Below are positions 27,308 through 38,122 of a stretch of 39,401 bases of DNA, in pieces. Every line of letters starts with the position of its first letter. The first letter of the stretch is position 1. The DNA is from a virus. Made by a program: the position numbers and the translations under genes. Location of the stretch: UHGV virus genome UHGV-0067872; one strand, 5' to 3'. Under the pieces are notes generated by a model, which did no database searches, was not told the DNA's origin, and was given only the letters and a program-made list of their open reading frames with translations.

Positions 27308-28260
27308 TGGCTGATTCGAATCTCAATGAGCCAGTAATCATCCAGGCTACGCGGCTCGATACATCAGTCCTTCCACGCAATATCTTCTCTCAGTCGTATC
27401 TGCTTTACGTTATTGCACAGGGTACTGATGTTGGTAATGTGGCTAACAAGGCCAACGAAGCAGGGAAGGGGGCTTATGATGCACAGGTGAAGAATGATGA
27501 GCAGGATGTCACCCTTGCAGACCATGAATCCAGAATTGAAACTGCTGAAGCAACTCTCATCAATCATGAACATAGAATCTCAGCAGCGGAAAGCACTCTT
27601 GCAGATCATGAAACAAGGATTACGGCTGCCGAAACAGAGCTGGCTGATCACGAGACGCGAATTGCTGCCAATGAATCTGAGTTAGCAAACCATGATGCGC
27701 GAATAACTCAGAATACAACCGATATCAACGCACTTGATACCAGGCTCACAGCGGCAGAGGGAAGTATTTCGACGCTACAAAGCACAGTTGGTGATCACTC
27801 AACAAGAATATCTGCGCTTGAGTATGCCACCACGCGCAAGAAATCAGAGGTTGTTTACTCAGGAGTATCTGTAACCATCCCGACAGCGCCGACTAACCTT
27901 GTTAGCCTGCTGAAAACGCTCACGCCGTCATCCGGCACGTTGGCACCATTCTTCGACACCGTTAACAACAAGATGGTTGTGTTCAACGAGAACAAAACCT
28001 TGTTCTTCAAGCTGTCGATTGTTGGGACGTGGCCCAGCGGAACCGCCAACAGGTCAATGCAGCTAACATTCTCCGGTTCTGTTCCTGACACACTGGTAAG
28101 CAGTCGCAACTCGGCGACAACAACCGATAACATCTTGTTAGCTACGTTCTTCAGCGTGGATAAAGACGGATTTCTTGCCACAAATGGCAGTACGTTAACC
28201 ATCCAGTCAAATGGTGCGGCGTTTACTGCCACAACCATCAAGATAATCGCGGAGCAGTGA
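27307..28260 (+). CDS. Tail needle (gp26-like) with extended C-terminal domain
   Basis: N-terminus [43 protein letters not shown] matches P22 gp26 as I recall it; heptad repeats ADHE(S/T)RI. Confidence 0.8.
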   Translation: MADSNLNEPVIIQATRLDTSVLPRNIFSQSYLLYVIAQGTDVGNVANKANEAGKGAYDAQVKNDEQDVTLADHESRIETAEATLINHEHRISAAESTLADHETRITAAETELADHETRIAANESELANHDARITQNTTDINALDTRLTAAEGSISTLQSTVGDHSTRISALEYATTRKKSEVVYSGVSVTIPTAPTNLVSLLKTLTPSSGTLAPFFDTVNNKMVVFNENKTLFFKLSIVGTWPSGTANRSMQLTFSGSVPDTLVSSRNSATTTDNILLATFFSVDKDGFLATNGSTLTIQSNGAAFTATTIKIIAEQ

Positions 28261-28715
28261 TGATTCAGTTCAAACCAACGCGAAACATCGACCTGATCGA
28301 AGCAGTCGGAAATCACCATGACATTATCGCCGGGAGCAATAACGGTGATGGATACGACTACAAACCTGATTGCCGTTACTTTGAGGTGAACGTGCACGGG
28401 CAGTTCGGCGGCATTGTTTACTATCAGGAGATTCAGCCTTTGACCTTTGATTGCCACGCCATGTACCTGCCAGAGGTTCGTGGATTCAGCAAGGAAATCG
28501 GGCTGGCGTTCTGGCGATACATTCTGACTAACACTACTGTTCAGTGTGTCACATCGTTCGCTGCACGCAAATTCCGCCACGGGCAGATGTACTGCGCAAT
28601 GATTGGCCTTAAGCGTGTAGGAACCATCAAGAAATACTTCAAAGGCGTGGATGACGTGACGTTTTACAGCGCCACACGCGAAGAACTAATCGACTTCCTG
28701 AATCACGGGAGATAG
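28257..28715 (+). CDS. gp14-like virion protein
   Basis: Position between needle and ejection proteins; 152 aa. Confidence 0.5.
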   Translation: MMIQFKPTRNIDLIEAVGNHHDIIAGSNNGDGYDYKPDCRYFEVNVHGQFGGIVYYQEIQPLTFDCHAMYLPEVRGFSKEIGLAFWRYILTNTTVQCVTSFAARKFRHGQMYCAMIGLKRVGTIKKYFKGVDDVTFYSATREELIDFLNHGR

Positions 28716-28717
28716 CC

Positions 28718-29410
28718 ATGTTATATGCATTTAAGCTGGGCAGAAAACTGCGCGGCGAGGAACCTTATTGCCCTGAAAAAGGCGGGAAAGGTGGCAGTTC
28801 TGATAAAAGTGCAAAGTATGCCGCAGAAGCTCAGAAGTATGCCGCAGACCTGCAAAATCAGCAGTGGCAGACGATCATGAAAAACCTTGCTCCGTTCACG
28901 CCTCTTGCGGAGCAGTATGTTAACCAGTTGCAGAATCTTTCCAGTTTAGAAGGTCAGGGGCAGGCACTTAATCAGTATTACAACTCTCAGCAGTATAAAG
29001 ACCTTGCAGGTCAGGCGCGTTACCAGAGTCTTGCTGCTGCGGAGGCGACGGGTGGACTTGGTTCGACAGCCACAAGCAATCAACTGGCTACGATCGCGCC
29101 GACACTCGGTCAGTCTTGGTTATCAAACCAGATGAGCAATTACAACAATCTGGCAAACGTTGGGCTTGGTGCGCTGCAAGGTCAGGCAAACGCCGGGCAG
29201 ACGTACGCCAACAACATGAGCAGCATTGCACAGCAAAGCGCAGCACTTGCCGCTGCTAATGCCAATAAACCATCAAGTCTTCAGACTGCAATTAGCGGTG
29301 GCACGTCTGGTGCGATTGCCGGTGCAGGTCTTGCCAGCCTTTTGGGAACATCAACGCCTTGGGGCGCTGGCATTGGTGCTGGTATCGGATTGCTTGGCTC
29401 GTTGTTTTAA
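28718..29410 (+). CDS. Ejection protein (gp7-like)
   Basis: 230 aa, Q/A-rich with Gly-rich hydrophobic C-terminus; position. Confidence 0.7.
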   Translation: MLYAFKLGRKLRGEEPYCPEKGGKGGSSDKSAKYAAEAQKYAADLQNQQWQTIMKNLAPFTPLAEQYVNQLQNLSSLEGQGQALNQYYNSQQYKDLAGQARYQSLAAAEATGGLGSTATSNQLATIAPTLGQSWLSNQMSNYNNLANVGLGALQGQANAGQTYANNMSSIAQQSAALAAANANKPSSLQTAISGGTSGAIAGAGLASLLGTSTPWGAGIGAGIGLLGSLF

Positions 29411-29419
29411 GGGGTAATC

Positions 29420-30826
29420 ATGGCTACTTGGCAAGGAATAAACGGCGGATTGTTGGCTGGTATCGGCGGCGTCAACTCAAACGCTCCGAGCGTAAATGAC
29501 ATCGGCAATACGCTTCAACTTATCAGGCAGAACAATGATATTGAGCGTTCAGGCGCTAACAATGTTGGGCTGACTGCTTTGCAAGGCCTTTCAGGTATTG
29601 CGGGGGTGTTTCAGCAGGAAAAGCAGGCTCAGCGGCAGAAAGAATTTCAGCAGGCGTACGCTAATGCTTATGCGTCTGGTGATCGCGGTGCTTTGCGTCA
29701 GTTGGCTACTCAATATCCAGACCAGATTGAATCTGTTCGCAAAGGCATGGGATTCATTGATGAAGACCAGCGCAATTCTATCGGCACCTTAGCGGCTGGC
29801 GCACGCCTTGCGTCATCGTCTCCAGAAGCAATGCAATCATGGCTGCAAAACAACGCCAAGGAACTGACTCGCGTCGGTGTTGACCCTAACAGCGTTGCTC
29901 AGATGTATCAGCAGAATCCTTCAGGATTTGGTGAGTTTGTTGATCACCTTGGGATGGCTGCGCTTGGTCCGATTGATTACTTCAATGTTCAGGACAAGAT
30001 GGCTGGTCGTGAAATTGACCGAGGCAGGCTGGCAGAGACAATCCGCAGCAATCAGGCTGGAGAAGCACTTCAGGCGAGAGGGCAAAACCTTTCCTATCAG
30101 TCAGCAATGACTGGACACAATATCGCAGCACAACGCTTGGCTCTGGATCAGCAAGAGTTCGGGTTTAAGATGCAGCAAGCACAGGAAAAGGCTCAGCAGT
30201 TGATTAGCGAAGCACCTAAGCTGTCAGTAAACATGGAAAAAGGCATCGAGACGGCTGTAAACAATGCTACAGCATCATCAAACTCAGCCAATTCTATGAG
30301 TGCGCTTGCTCAACAGTTCAGAGCAGAAAAACCAACGACAGGTTTGTTCGGTAACGCACAGAACATGTTCGCAAAACTTACCGGAAGCGATACAACATTG
30401 CGTGATTTGCGCATCCGCCAAAATGCCCTTGTTAACAGTCAGGTTCTTAAATTCCTACCTCCCGGCCCCGCAACGGATAAAGACGTTGAGATCGTTCGAC
30501 AGGGTGCTCCAACTGACATGGATAACCCTGAGACGGTAGCAAGATGGCTTGATGCAATGGCAAACCTTGAGCGACGAAACGCGCAGTTTAATGAGTTTAA
30601 AGCCGAGTGGATGAGCGCGAATGGCAACCCTGGACAATCGCGTAATGGCGGTCAGATATTGGGGTTGGATGTTAAAAAAGGTGAATCATTGGGGAGTGCC
30701 GTTAAGCGGTATATGTCAATGAATACTGACGCAGCGCCAGCACAAGATTCGACACCTTCAGGAGAACCACGGAATCAGGTTGGATCATATACCTCAAAAT
30801 CAGGCATTCAATTTACGGTGGAATGA
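29420..30826 (+). CDS. Ejection protein (gp20-like)
   Basis: 468 aa; position and size. Confidence 0.7.
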   Translation: MATWQGINGGLLAGIGGVNSNAPSVNDIGNTLQLIRQNNDIERSGANNVGLTALQGLSGIAGVFQQEKQAQRQKEFQQAYANAYASGDRGALRQLATQYPDQIESVRKGMGFIDEDQRNSIGTLAAGARLASSSPEAMQSWLQNNAKELTRVGVDPNSVAQMYQQNPSGFGEFVDHLGMAALGPIDYFNVQDKMAGREIDRGRLAETIRSNQAGEALQARGQNLSYQSAMTGHNIAAQRLALDQQEFGFKMQQAQEKAQQLISEAPKLSVNMEKGIETAVNNATASSNSANSMSALAQQFRAEKPTTGLFGNAQNMFAKLTGSDTTLRDLRIRQNALVNSQVLKFLPPGPATDKDVEIVRQGAPTDMDNPETVARWLDAMANLERRNAQFNEFKAEWMSANGNPGQSRNGGQILGLDVKKGESLGSAVKRYMSMNTDAAPAQDSTPSGEPRNQVGSYTSKSGIQFTVE

Positions 30827-32829
30827 TGAAAGTAACTGCAAACGGTAAGACATTTACCTTTCCTGATGGTACGAGCACCGAAGATATTGGCACCGCCATT
30901 GATGAGTATTTTGCTGGTCAGTCAGCACCAACACAACAAGGTGTTCAGCAATCGCCAGCAGACAACTCACTTGCATCAGGATATGCACAGCTTGCCACTC
31001 AGCAGAAGGAAGGACTAGATCGATCTGCTGAGCAAGGGGCTGTTTTAGGTGCTGCAATGCGCGATGCCGTTACCGGTGAAAGCCGAATGACACCAGAAAT
31101 GGAGAGACTGCAAAATGTTGGGTCTGCTCCAGAGCTTAATAGCTTAAGCACTGATGCGCTGCGTGCTGGATTGGGGCAGCTATTTGGTTCCGACGCTTCA
31201 CAGGAGAAAATACTGCAAAGTATTGGCGGGAAAATCCGGAAGGATGAGAAGGGAAATTCCATAGTCACCCTTCCTTCAGGGGAATATGCACTTAACAAGC
31301 CTGGTTTGTCACCGCAGGATATAACGTCATTCTTGGCAAATGCTCTTGCATTCACTCCAGCAGGTAGAGCTGCGTCTGTTGTAGGTGCAACACTAAAATC
31401 AGGCGCTACTGATTTAGCTTTACAGGGTGCCACAAAGATCGCTGGCGGTGAGAATGTTAATCCAGTTCAAACTGCAATTTCTGCTGGTCTTGGTGGGGTA
31501 CTGAAGGGTGTAGAAAACACCGCAAGCGCAGTGTCTCGTTCTGCTATGGGTAAGATTGCTCCTGAAAAACAAGCTCAGATTGACTTTGCCAAGCAGAACA
31601 ACTTGCCACTGATGACAACAGATCTTGTGGAACCGGGAACAAATATTGGTAAGCAAGCACGAGCTATGGCTGAGCGAATCCCAATAGCCGGAACAGGTGG
31701 GATAAGAAATGCACAGCAAAAGGCCAGGGAAGATTTAGTTAGAACATTTAGCGATAATGTTGGTGGAATATCTGACGCACAACTTTACCAATCAGCTACT
31801 CGTGGTCAGCAGCAATTTATTCAGGCTGCTGGCAAGCGGTACGACAGGATCATCAGTTTGATGGGGGATACTCCTGTTGACATCACTGGAACAGTGAAAG
31901 CAATTGATGAGCAGATTTCCAAGTTAACTCGCCCAGGAGTATCGCAAGACCGCTCAGCTGTTTCTGTCCTTCAACAGTTTAGAAATGACATCACCAGCGG
32001 TCCAAATAACCTGCAATTAGCTAGAGAAAACCGTACAAACTTACGTAAGCGCTTTATGGCAGCACCTGACGAGGTCGATAGAGATACGCTGGAGAAAGCT
32101 GCGCAGTCTGTTTATAACGCATACACAACAGACATGAAAAAAGCGGTTGGCGCAAAACTAGGTGCGAAGGAAGCGCAAAACATGTCGCGTGTTGATCGTT
32201 CTTGGGCAAAGTTCAACGACATGATGAGCAATACACGTGTCCAAAAAGCTATTCAGAGTGGTAAAACAACGCCAGAAGATGTCACTAAACTAGTATTCAG
32301 CCAAAGCCCAGCGGAAAGGGCGCAACTTTATCGATTGCTTGATGATAGTGGGCGTCAAAATGCTAGAGCAGCACTTGTTCAGCGTGCAATGGATAAGGCG
32401 ACAAGCGATTCAGGAAAGCTTAGCGTTGAGAAGTTTATTAATGAAATGAAAAGGAATCGGAAGCAGGCTGAGACGTTCTTCAGAGGAGAGCATGGGAAAC
32501 AGCTTGATGGGATAATGAAATATCTTGATTCCACTAGACAGGCAGCTACTGCTGCCGCAAGCCCACTAACAGGGCAAATGGTAGCTGGTCCAGCAGCGCT
32601 GATAACAGCTCTTGCATCTGTTACAAATCCAATGTTTGCAAAAGTTGCGGCAGTTGGAGCTGGTATCGGTATGGCTGGCAGGGGCTATGAGTCACGCGCG
32701 ATGAGGAACGCATTACTAAAGTTAGCAAACACACCAAAAGGAAGTACTGCTTATGATAGAGCGATCAGACGGGTATCTGAAACTCTTACACCTCTAATTC
32801 AGGCTTCAAGTGAGAAAGCCCAGCAGTAA
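30823..32829 (+). CDS. Ejection protein (gp16-like)
   Basis: 668 aa; position after gp20-like. Confidence 0.7.
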   Translation: MMKVTANGKTFTFPDGTSTEDIGTAIDEYFAGQSAPTQQGVQQSPADNSLASGYAQLATQQKEGLDRSAEQGAVLGAAMRDAVTGESRMTPEMERLQNVGSAPELNSLSTDALRAGLGQLFGSDASQEKILQSIGGKIRKDEKGNSIVTLPSGEYALNKPGLSPQDITSFLANALAFTPAGRAASVVGATLKSGATDLALQGATKIAGGENVNPVQTAISAGLGGVLKGVENTASAVSRSAMGKIAPEKQAQIDFAKQNNLPLMTTDLVEPGTNIGKQARAMAERIPIAGTGGIRNAQQKAREDLVRTFSDNVGGISDAQLYQSATRGQQQFIQAAGKRYDRIISLMGDTPVDITGTVKAIDEQISKLTRPGVSQDRSAVSVLQQFRNDITSGPNNLQLARENRTNLRKRFMAAPDEVDRDTLEKAAQSVYNAYTTDMKKAVGAKLGAKEAQNMSRVDRSWAKFNDMMSNTRVQKAIQSGKTTPEDVTKLVFSQSPAERAQLYRLLDDSGRQNARAALVQRAMDKATSDSGKLSVEKFINEMKRNRKQAETFFRGEHGKQLDGIMKYLDSTRQAATAAASPLTGQMVAGPAALITALASVTNPMFAKVAAVGAGIGMAGRGYESRAMRNALLKLANTPKGSTAYDRAIRRVSETLTPLIQASSEKAQQ

Positions 32830-32837
32830 AAAGTTGG

Positions 32838-33158
32838 TTAGCGGTTGATGGTTGCTTTTTTCGGGTCATACCATCTCGGCCATTCTTTCAGGAATGGGAA
32901 TGAGTCGGGTGCGTGGTTCTTTTTGTACGATTTAAGCAGCCTTAACCGCTCAATCGCACACTCATAAACCTCTTGTTGCCCTGTAGTCATCTCGGTCCAT
33001 GAAAGGTGATCCATTGATAAGACAACGTTTTCAGCTTCTTTTATGAGGGCGTTTTTATTTCTCACCGCAGCAGCATGGCTGACAGAGCAATCCTGCCATA
33101 TTCTTAAAAGCCAAATAGCTAAGCAGATGAAAAAAATGGTAGATAGCGATATATACAC
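32838..33158 (-). CDS. N-terminally membrane-anchored protein (106 aa) downstream of the immI-type repressor
   Basis: GTG start with perfect AAGGAGG SD; hydrophobic helix LSTIFFICLAIWLLRIW; AT-rich; occupies the sieA-like slot. Confidence 0.5.
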   Translation of the reverse strand: MYISLSTIFFICLAIWLLRIWQDCSVSHAAAVRNKNALIKEAENVVLSMDHLSWTEMTTGQQEVYECAIERLRLLKSYKKNHAPDSFPFLKEWPRWYDPKKATINR

Positions 33159-33218
33159 ACCAACCTCCTTAGTTTTGAACAGGATACCAGATGATAATGT
33201 GTCGCTTCCTAAAGGATA

Positions 33219-33860
33219 TCAAAGCAACGGGATTTCAAGGTAAACTGCGGTTGCCAAAATACTAACATCTTCATTTCTAACAAGAATATTAGGATACATT
33301 GGGTTTAGGGATACTAGGTTTGTCTCTATTTCACCAATGTAAACCTGTTTGAAGCTCAATATTTGCTCTTTATCCAATGATGCTATTACATAATCTTTGC
33401 TTTTAGCTTTTACTAGAGGGCTGAACGTGACAACCGATCCTCTGGGAAAGCTAATACCTGAACTTGTAGTCATAGCTTCACCTTCAATAGTCAATGCAAA
33501 TGCAGAGTCACCAACATTGTATATTGCCGGATGAAATCTAGACGATGAATGTTCACCTGTGTTTAGATAATGCATAACTTCATCTAGTTTGAGGATTGGT
33601 ATTTGCTTTACCAGAACGTCAGGCATGACGTTTTTTGTTCCCGGACCCTGACCTTCACCTAGAGCTAACCACTCAGCTGTAGTACCTAATGCGTTGGCTA
33701 ATGCCTGCAATACCCGAAGCCGTGGTTTAGCCTCACCACCCTCGTATGCAGCTATTTGACGTTGAACAACACCAGCTAATTTTGACAACTGCGCCTGCGT
33801 CATACCCCTGGACTGTCTTGCCAGAGATACTCTTGATGGGAATTGATCGTCAAAATTCAT
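33219..33860 (-). CDS. Second cI/LexA-type repressor (HTH_XRE + S24 peptidase domain)
   Basis: HTH segment MTQAQLSKLAGVVQRQIAAYEGG; C-terminal S24-like domain (TIEGEAMT...); divergent from Arc-like gene. Confidence 0.8.
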   Translation of the reverse strand: MNFDDQFPSRVSLARQSRGMTQAQLSKLAGVVQRQIAAYEGGEAKPRLRVLQALANALGTTAEWLALGEGQGPGTKNVMPDVLVKQIPILKLDEVMHYLNTGEHSSSRFHPAIYNVGDSAFALTIEGEAMTTSSGISFPRGSVVTFSPLVKAKSKDYVIASLDKEQILSFKQVYIGEIETNLVSLNPMYPNILVRNEDVSILATAVYLEIPLL

Positions 33861-33959
33861 TAGTTCACCATAAAAAATTCATTGACTCATACTGAGTGTG
33901 AGTGAATAATCAAACTACAAAAAGTGAGATTATGAGTTTTTTAAAAACAGGAGTGCATA

Positions 33960-34133
33960 ATGACTGAAAAGATATCTTCCATCAAGCCGCGTCAGGTTCG
34001 TTTTACAGAAAAGGTTGATTCACATATCCGCGAATCAGCAAAAAGATGCCATAGGTCAATTCAGGCAGAGATAGCTTATCGAATGGAGTTATTGATGAAA
34101 CTTGAGGCAAAGGGCGATGTTGTCATCCAATAA
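33960..34133 (+). CDS. Arc/CopG-like ribbon-helix-helix repressor (57 aa), absent from the ORF track
   Basis: Hand translation MTEKISSIKPRQVRFTEKVDSHIRESAKRCHRSIQAEIAYRMELLMKLEAKGDVVIQ; AGGAG SD; beta-strand then two helices. Confidence 0.5.
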   Translation: MTEKISSIKPRQVRFTEKVDSHIRESAKRCHRSIQAEIAYRMELLMKLEAKGDVVIQ

Positions 34134-34206
34134 AAATAGTGAAGCCCGGCAGTGCGCGAACACAAACCGGGCCTCTATGTCAGTAACCGTATACAAGGAA
34201 ACTAAC

Positions 34207-34845
34207 ATGAACATTGTAGCAAAATCAGATTATAACTTCCAAGGATTCACTTTTAACCCTGTAACAGAGGGTGGGTCTATCTGGTTTACCTCCACCGAAC
34301 TAGCTAAGGCTCTCGGCTATAAAAAAACTGATGCCATCAGCCAAATTTATGCCCGTAATGCTGACGAGTTTTCCGACTCAATGTCATTGACCCTCAATAT
34401 GAAGGTCAACGGGATAAACAATAGCTTACGTAACAAATCGGTCAGAGTTTACTCGCTCCGAGGCGCTCACTTGGTGGCGATGTTTGCTTCTACGCCCAAG
34501 GCCAAAGAGTTCCGCCGCTGGGTGCTGGATATTTTGGATCGGCAGGCAGAATGCTCACCGATTGCAAAACAGTTTACTGATGAAGAACTGGTTAATCTCT
34601 GCTACTTACAATTGTGGATGGAGAAGAGTCAACAAATGTGCAAACACATCTACCCAGGAATGAAGCAAATTGGTTCTGAGCTTTCAGGAAGAATTTACGA
34701 TATTGCATATGAGACTCGCTATATGTCAGAAGAAACCAAGAAATCACTTCTTCGTGAAATGAAGAATCTTGATACCAACAATTTTGTCGTAAAGAACGCT
34801 CAGCCAATGCTGACAAAACTGCGCGGCGAGGAATGGATTCATTGA
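34207..34845 (+). CDS. Antirepressor with Bro-N domain
   Basis: FQGFTFNPVTEGGSIWFTSTELAKALGY...VYSLRGAHLVAMFASTPKAKEFRRWVLDIL is a Bro-N signature; ATG 34207 with AAGGA SD. Confidence 0.7.
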   Translation: MNIVAKSDYNFQGFTFNPVTEGGSIWFTSTELAKALGYKKTDAISQIYARNADEFSDSMSLTLNMKVNGINNSLRNKSVRVYSLRGAHLVAMFASTPKAKEFRRWVLDILDRQAECSPIAKQFTDEELVNLCYLQLWMEKSQQMCKHIYPGMKQIGSELSGRIYDIAYETRYMSEETKKSLLREMKNLDTNNFVVKNAQPMLTKLRGEEWIH

Positions 34846-34933
34846 TTGGTGCGCCGGACGGCGCAAAAAGAAAACCGCCAGTGTGCTGCTGGCGGCCTAT
34901 GTCACACCCTTACAACCACATAAGGAATGCCTA

Positions 34934-35659
34934 ATGACTTTGAAGAATGTAGCAAACATCGGATCCGTTGTCACGGATAAAACCATTGACAGCCAAAGTC
35001 TTCTGATGATGGTTAATGAAGCTCGCAAGTTATGTGGAGAGCCATCAGTACGTAACAACAAATTCATCGAGAAAATTGAGGATGAATTGGAGGGCGAGAC
35101 CTACACAAAAAGTGTAGGTCGGAAAAACGGGGCTGACATTGATGTTATCTCCATGACTATCAAGCAGGCGCTTCGTGTTGCTGCTCGCGAATCTAAAGCA
35201 GTTCGCCGAACACTTGTAGACAAACTTGAAAGTATGCAGGAAGCACACATTAAAAGCGGTAAATCAGCGAGTGGACTTGTTGAGTATCGTCAAGCGCGAA
35301 CATTGAAAATGACGGTTGAAGCTGTTACCAATCTGTTCGATCTGATGCCAAATCTTGCGCCTGAGGCAAAGCAGACAGCGGCAGCAAGTATAATCAACCC
35401 GCTCGTTGGTTTTAATGCAATACCTCTTCCGGCAATAGAAGAGCATTACTACTCAGCAGGGGAGGTTGCAGAGCAGCTTGGAGTAACGGCCAACAAGATT
35501 GGTCGCATTGCTAACGCAAACAACCTCAAAACTGAGCAGTACGGGAAGTTCTTCCTGGATAAATCTGCACATTCCAGCAAACAGGTGGAAGCATTCCGCT
35601 ACAATGCGGAAGGTGTTAAAGCACTACAACACCTGATTCATGGGAGTAATGTTGCATAA
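34934..35659 (+). CDS. Rha-like regulator / second antirepressor-like protein
   Basis: ATG 34934 with AAGGA SD; C-terminal HTH-like AGEVAEQLGVTANKIGRIA; family assignment tentative. Confidence 0.45.
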   Translation: MTLKNVANIGSVVTDKTIDSQSLLMMVNEARKLCGEPSVRNNKFIEKIEDELEGETYTKSVGRKNGADIDVISMTIKQALRVAARESKAVRRTLVDKLESMQEAHIKSGKSASGLVEYRQARTLKMTVEAVTNLFDLMPNLAPEAKQTAAASIINPLVGFNAIPLPAIEEHYYSAGEVAEQLGVTANKIGRIANANNLKTEQYGKFFLDKSAHSSKQVEAFRYNAEGVKALQHLIHGSNVA

Positions 35660-35880
35660 TGGCAAAGAAAAAATATGGCATTATGCCGCCAAGAATCAAA
35701 GGAAGAGCCAGGGTAAAAGGCGATGCTGGAAGGTATCACATTCTTGGAGTTCTGTGGCATGAGAGAGCTTTAATTTTAAGCAGACCTCATGGGTATATTG
35801 AAAAGGTATCTATAGATAGAATTGAGATTCTTCCCCTTACTCCTGAAGAAGAAGAAACGTACGGACTTTTTGATAACTAG
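35659..35880 (+). CDS. Hypothetical protein (73 aa)
   Basis: Start overlaps upstream stop (TAATG); followed by strong terminator. Confidence 0.4.
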   Translation: MAKKKYGIMPPRIKGRARVKGDAGRYHILGVLWHERALILSRPHGYIEKVSIDRIEILPLTPEEEETYGLFDN

Positions 35881-35891
35881 CCAATTCACTA

Positions 35892-35916
35892 AACCCAGCT
35901 TCTGCTGGGTTTTTTA
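35892..35916 (+). terminator. Rho-independent terminator
   Basis: ACCCAGC-TTCT-GCTGGGT followed by T6. Confidence 0.65.
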
Positions 35917-35973
35917 TGCCCAAAATTCACCGTGGCAATGCTGCGGCGATTCCTTGTATCTGGAGTAAATTAA

Positions 35974-38025
35974 ATGACAGATTCAATAAATGCCAATGTT
36001 GTTGTTTCACAACCAAGTCAGTTATTCACTTTAGCTCGCTCGTTTAAAGCAAATGCTAATGGCAAAATTTATATCGGTAAAATTGATACTGACCCGGTAA
36101 ATCCTGAAAACCAGATTCCGGTTTATGTAGAGAACGAAGACGGTTCTCACGTTCCTGTTTCGCAACCAATCATCATTAACGCTGCTGGTTACCCGGTATA
36201 TAACGGACAGATTGCCAAGTTCGTTACTGTACAGGGCCATTCTATGGCTGTTTATGATGCGTATGGGGCACAGCAGTTTTATTTTCCAAATGTGCTGAAG
36301 TATGATCCGGATCAGCTAAGACATGAGCTAGCGTCGGAAGCGGGAACAACTTTAATAGGGAAGGGTGATCGAACTCTTGAAGAGTACTTAGAATCAAGCA
36401 AGGAAGATTTTGATAACTCATGGAAGAGATATGTAGGTAAATCTACAACGACACAAAAAGATAGCGCATACTCTGGAGCGGCTCACTACCAACCAGTTAG
36501 CGATGATGGGAGCACAATTGGTAATTATACATTTGAATCACCGGTGATTGTTGACTTCTCATCTACATCAGATTGTGTTATGCCAGATTCTGGTGTCGTT
36601 TTCAAAATGGGAGCTAATGGACTTACAAGTGGTAATTATTTTTCTCAAGATAATTACCACTTAAAAAATGTAACGGCAATTGGCGGTACCCCTGAAATTG
36701 TTACATTTGAACCATACACAGGATTGACAGCACTAGTAGATGGTGTTCGTATTATAAATAATGGCTCTCCAGACAAGACCGCTATTAATTTTAAAGGACA
36801 GAACTGGTGGCCTACAGTATCTAATAATATATTTAAAGATTATACAGATAAAAGAGGAAATTTTTGCAAGGCAATAGATGACGGAGGAGATTCATCTATA
36901 AGAAGGAGTGGGAATAGTAGATTGCTTTTCACTGGAAATAAAGTCTACTTTGGTGGGGATGCTCTTGGTGGTACGATGTTGAAAGCCAGCGCTGTCTTTA
37001 ATATTATAAAAGATAATGCCTGTGAACACGGAGAGAACGCGATTGTGTTTGAGTACCCATCATCATTCTCAGTTATCGACGGACTTTACACAGAATGTTC
37101 TTTTGGTGGTGGTAATCAGATAGTAATTGGTGACAAAGAACCTGATCCTAATATTGCAACAATGAATATGATTGGAATAACTATTAAGAATGTTTATTTC
37201 AATAATCATTCACATTCATCAAATAGGCTAATCAAATCTGGAAATGAAACCGTAAGAATAGACAGGTTAATTGTTGATAATATAATTGTCACAAATGCAA
37301 ATGTTGCATCGCCAGTTATTGAGTTGAATGATGTTCCTGGGCAATCGATTTGTGTCGGAAATGTATACTCTGGAGTTTCACTAATAAATAAAACAAGCAA
37401 TGCTGTAAAAATAATAGATATGAATAATAATTTTATTAAATCGCTAAATGGTAATTTAGCGTCTTCGGGGGGGGACTCCGCAACAGTAAATAATTCTAGA
37501 GAAAAAGTATTTGGTAACTTTTTTATTCAATCAACAGGAAGTTTGTCAGTTAGCAGATATGCAAGTGGTAATCAGTATCAAAAAAATAGAGAGTCAAAGA
37601 ACTACGCGGCTATAACCATAGCTCCTAATACTTCGTGCGGTTTTGAGTGGCAGAACCCAAGATATTCAGACCTATCTGGATCTACAGCAACAGTTCAGTT
37701 TCTAGCCAAAGCAAGCACTACAGTGAGTGCAGTAGTTTTAGTTAAATACAAGAACAGTTCTGGAGGTGACACGCTTGCAGCATCATCAATTAGTATTAAT
37801 GGTGGTGATTTTCAGGAGTTTACTATTCCATTCTTTGCTAACCGCAATGATGATGATGATTCTGTTCTCTCTGTTGATATTAGATTTGAAAATACATTAT
37901 CAAGCATTGTTTTTTATATTTGTGCTTTTAGATTAAACAGGGGGGATACAGGACTATGCCGGTCTGCTAATGATTATACGACAGGAGAGATTGATGCAGA
38001 GATATCAAAATTCACATTTTATTAA
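35974..38025 (+). CDS. Tailspike protein with P22-type N-terminal head-binding domain
   Basis: N-terminal ~115 aa closely parallels the P22 tailspike head-binding domain; the remainder is unrelated and AT-rich. Confidence 0.9.
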   Translation: MTDSINANVVVSQPSQLFTLARSFKANANGKIYIGKIDTDPVNPENQIPVYVENEDGSHVPVSQPIIINAAGYPVYNGQIAKFVTVQGHSMAVYDAYGAQQFYFPNVLKYDPDQLRHELASEAGTTLIGKGDRTLEEYLESSKEDFDNSWKRYVGKSTTTQKDSAYSGAAHYQPVSDDGSTIGNYTFESPVIVDFSSTSDCVMPDSGVVFKMGANGLTSGNYFSQDNYHLKNVTAIGGTPEIVTFEPYTGLTALVDGVRIINNGSPDKTAINFKGQNWWPTVSNNIFKDYTDKRGNFCKAIDDGGDSSIRRSGNSRLLFTGNKVYFGGDALGGTMLKASAVFNIIKDNACEHGENAIVFEYPSSFSVIDGLYTECSFGGGNQIVIGDKEPDPNIATMNMIGITIKNVYFNNHSHSSNRLIKSGNETVRIDRLIVDNIIVTNANVASPVIELNDVPGQSICVGNVYSGVSLINKTSNAVKIIDMNNNFIKSLNGNLASSGGDSATVNNSREKVFGNFFIQSTGSLSVSRYASGNQYQKNRESKNYAAITIAPNTSCGFEWQNPRYSDLSGSTATVQFLAKASTTVSAVVLVKYKNSSGGDTLAASSISINGGDFQEFTIPFFANRNDDDDSVLSVDIRFENTLSSIVFYICAFRLNRGDTGLCRSANDYTTGEIDAEISKFTFY

Positions 38026-38122
38026 TCTACGCAGATCTTTATAAAATCTGAGACAAGAGTTGGTGGCGGAAAAGCTTTGTACTGGATTGCAAGGCTTTGT
38101 GCTCTTCGGTAGTTAAGGTGGG

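Noticed and set aside
34102-34206. Upstream extension of the antirepressor ORF overlapping the Arc-like gene
   Set aside because: It overlaps the Arc-like stop region and lacks an SD; the ATG at 34207 with an AAGGA SD is the credible start.
38026-38122. attP core or tRNA 3' fragment between tailspike and the int 3' end
   Set aside because: I could not find any tRNA-like 3' end (GGTTCGA...CCA) or convincing core repeat here or at the window ends; attP is left unassigned.
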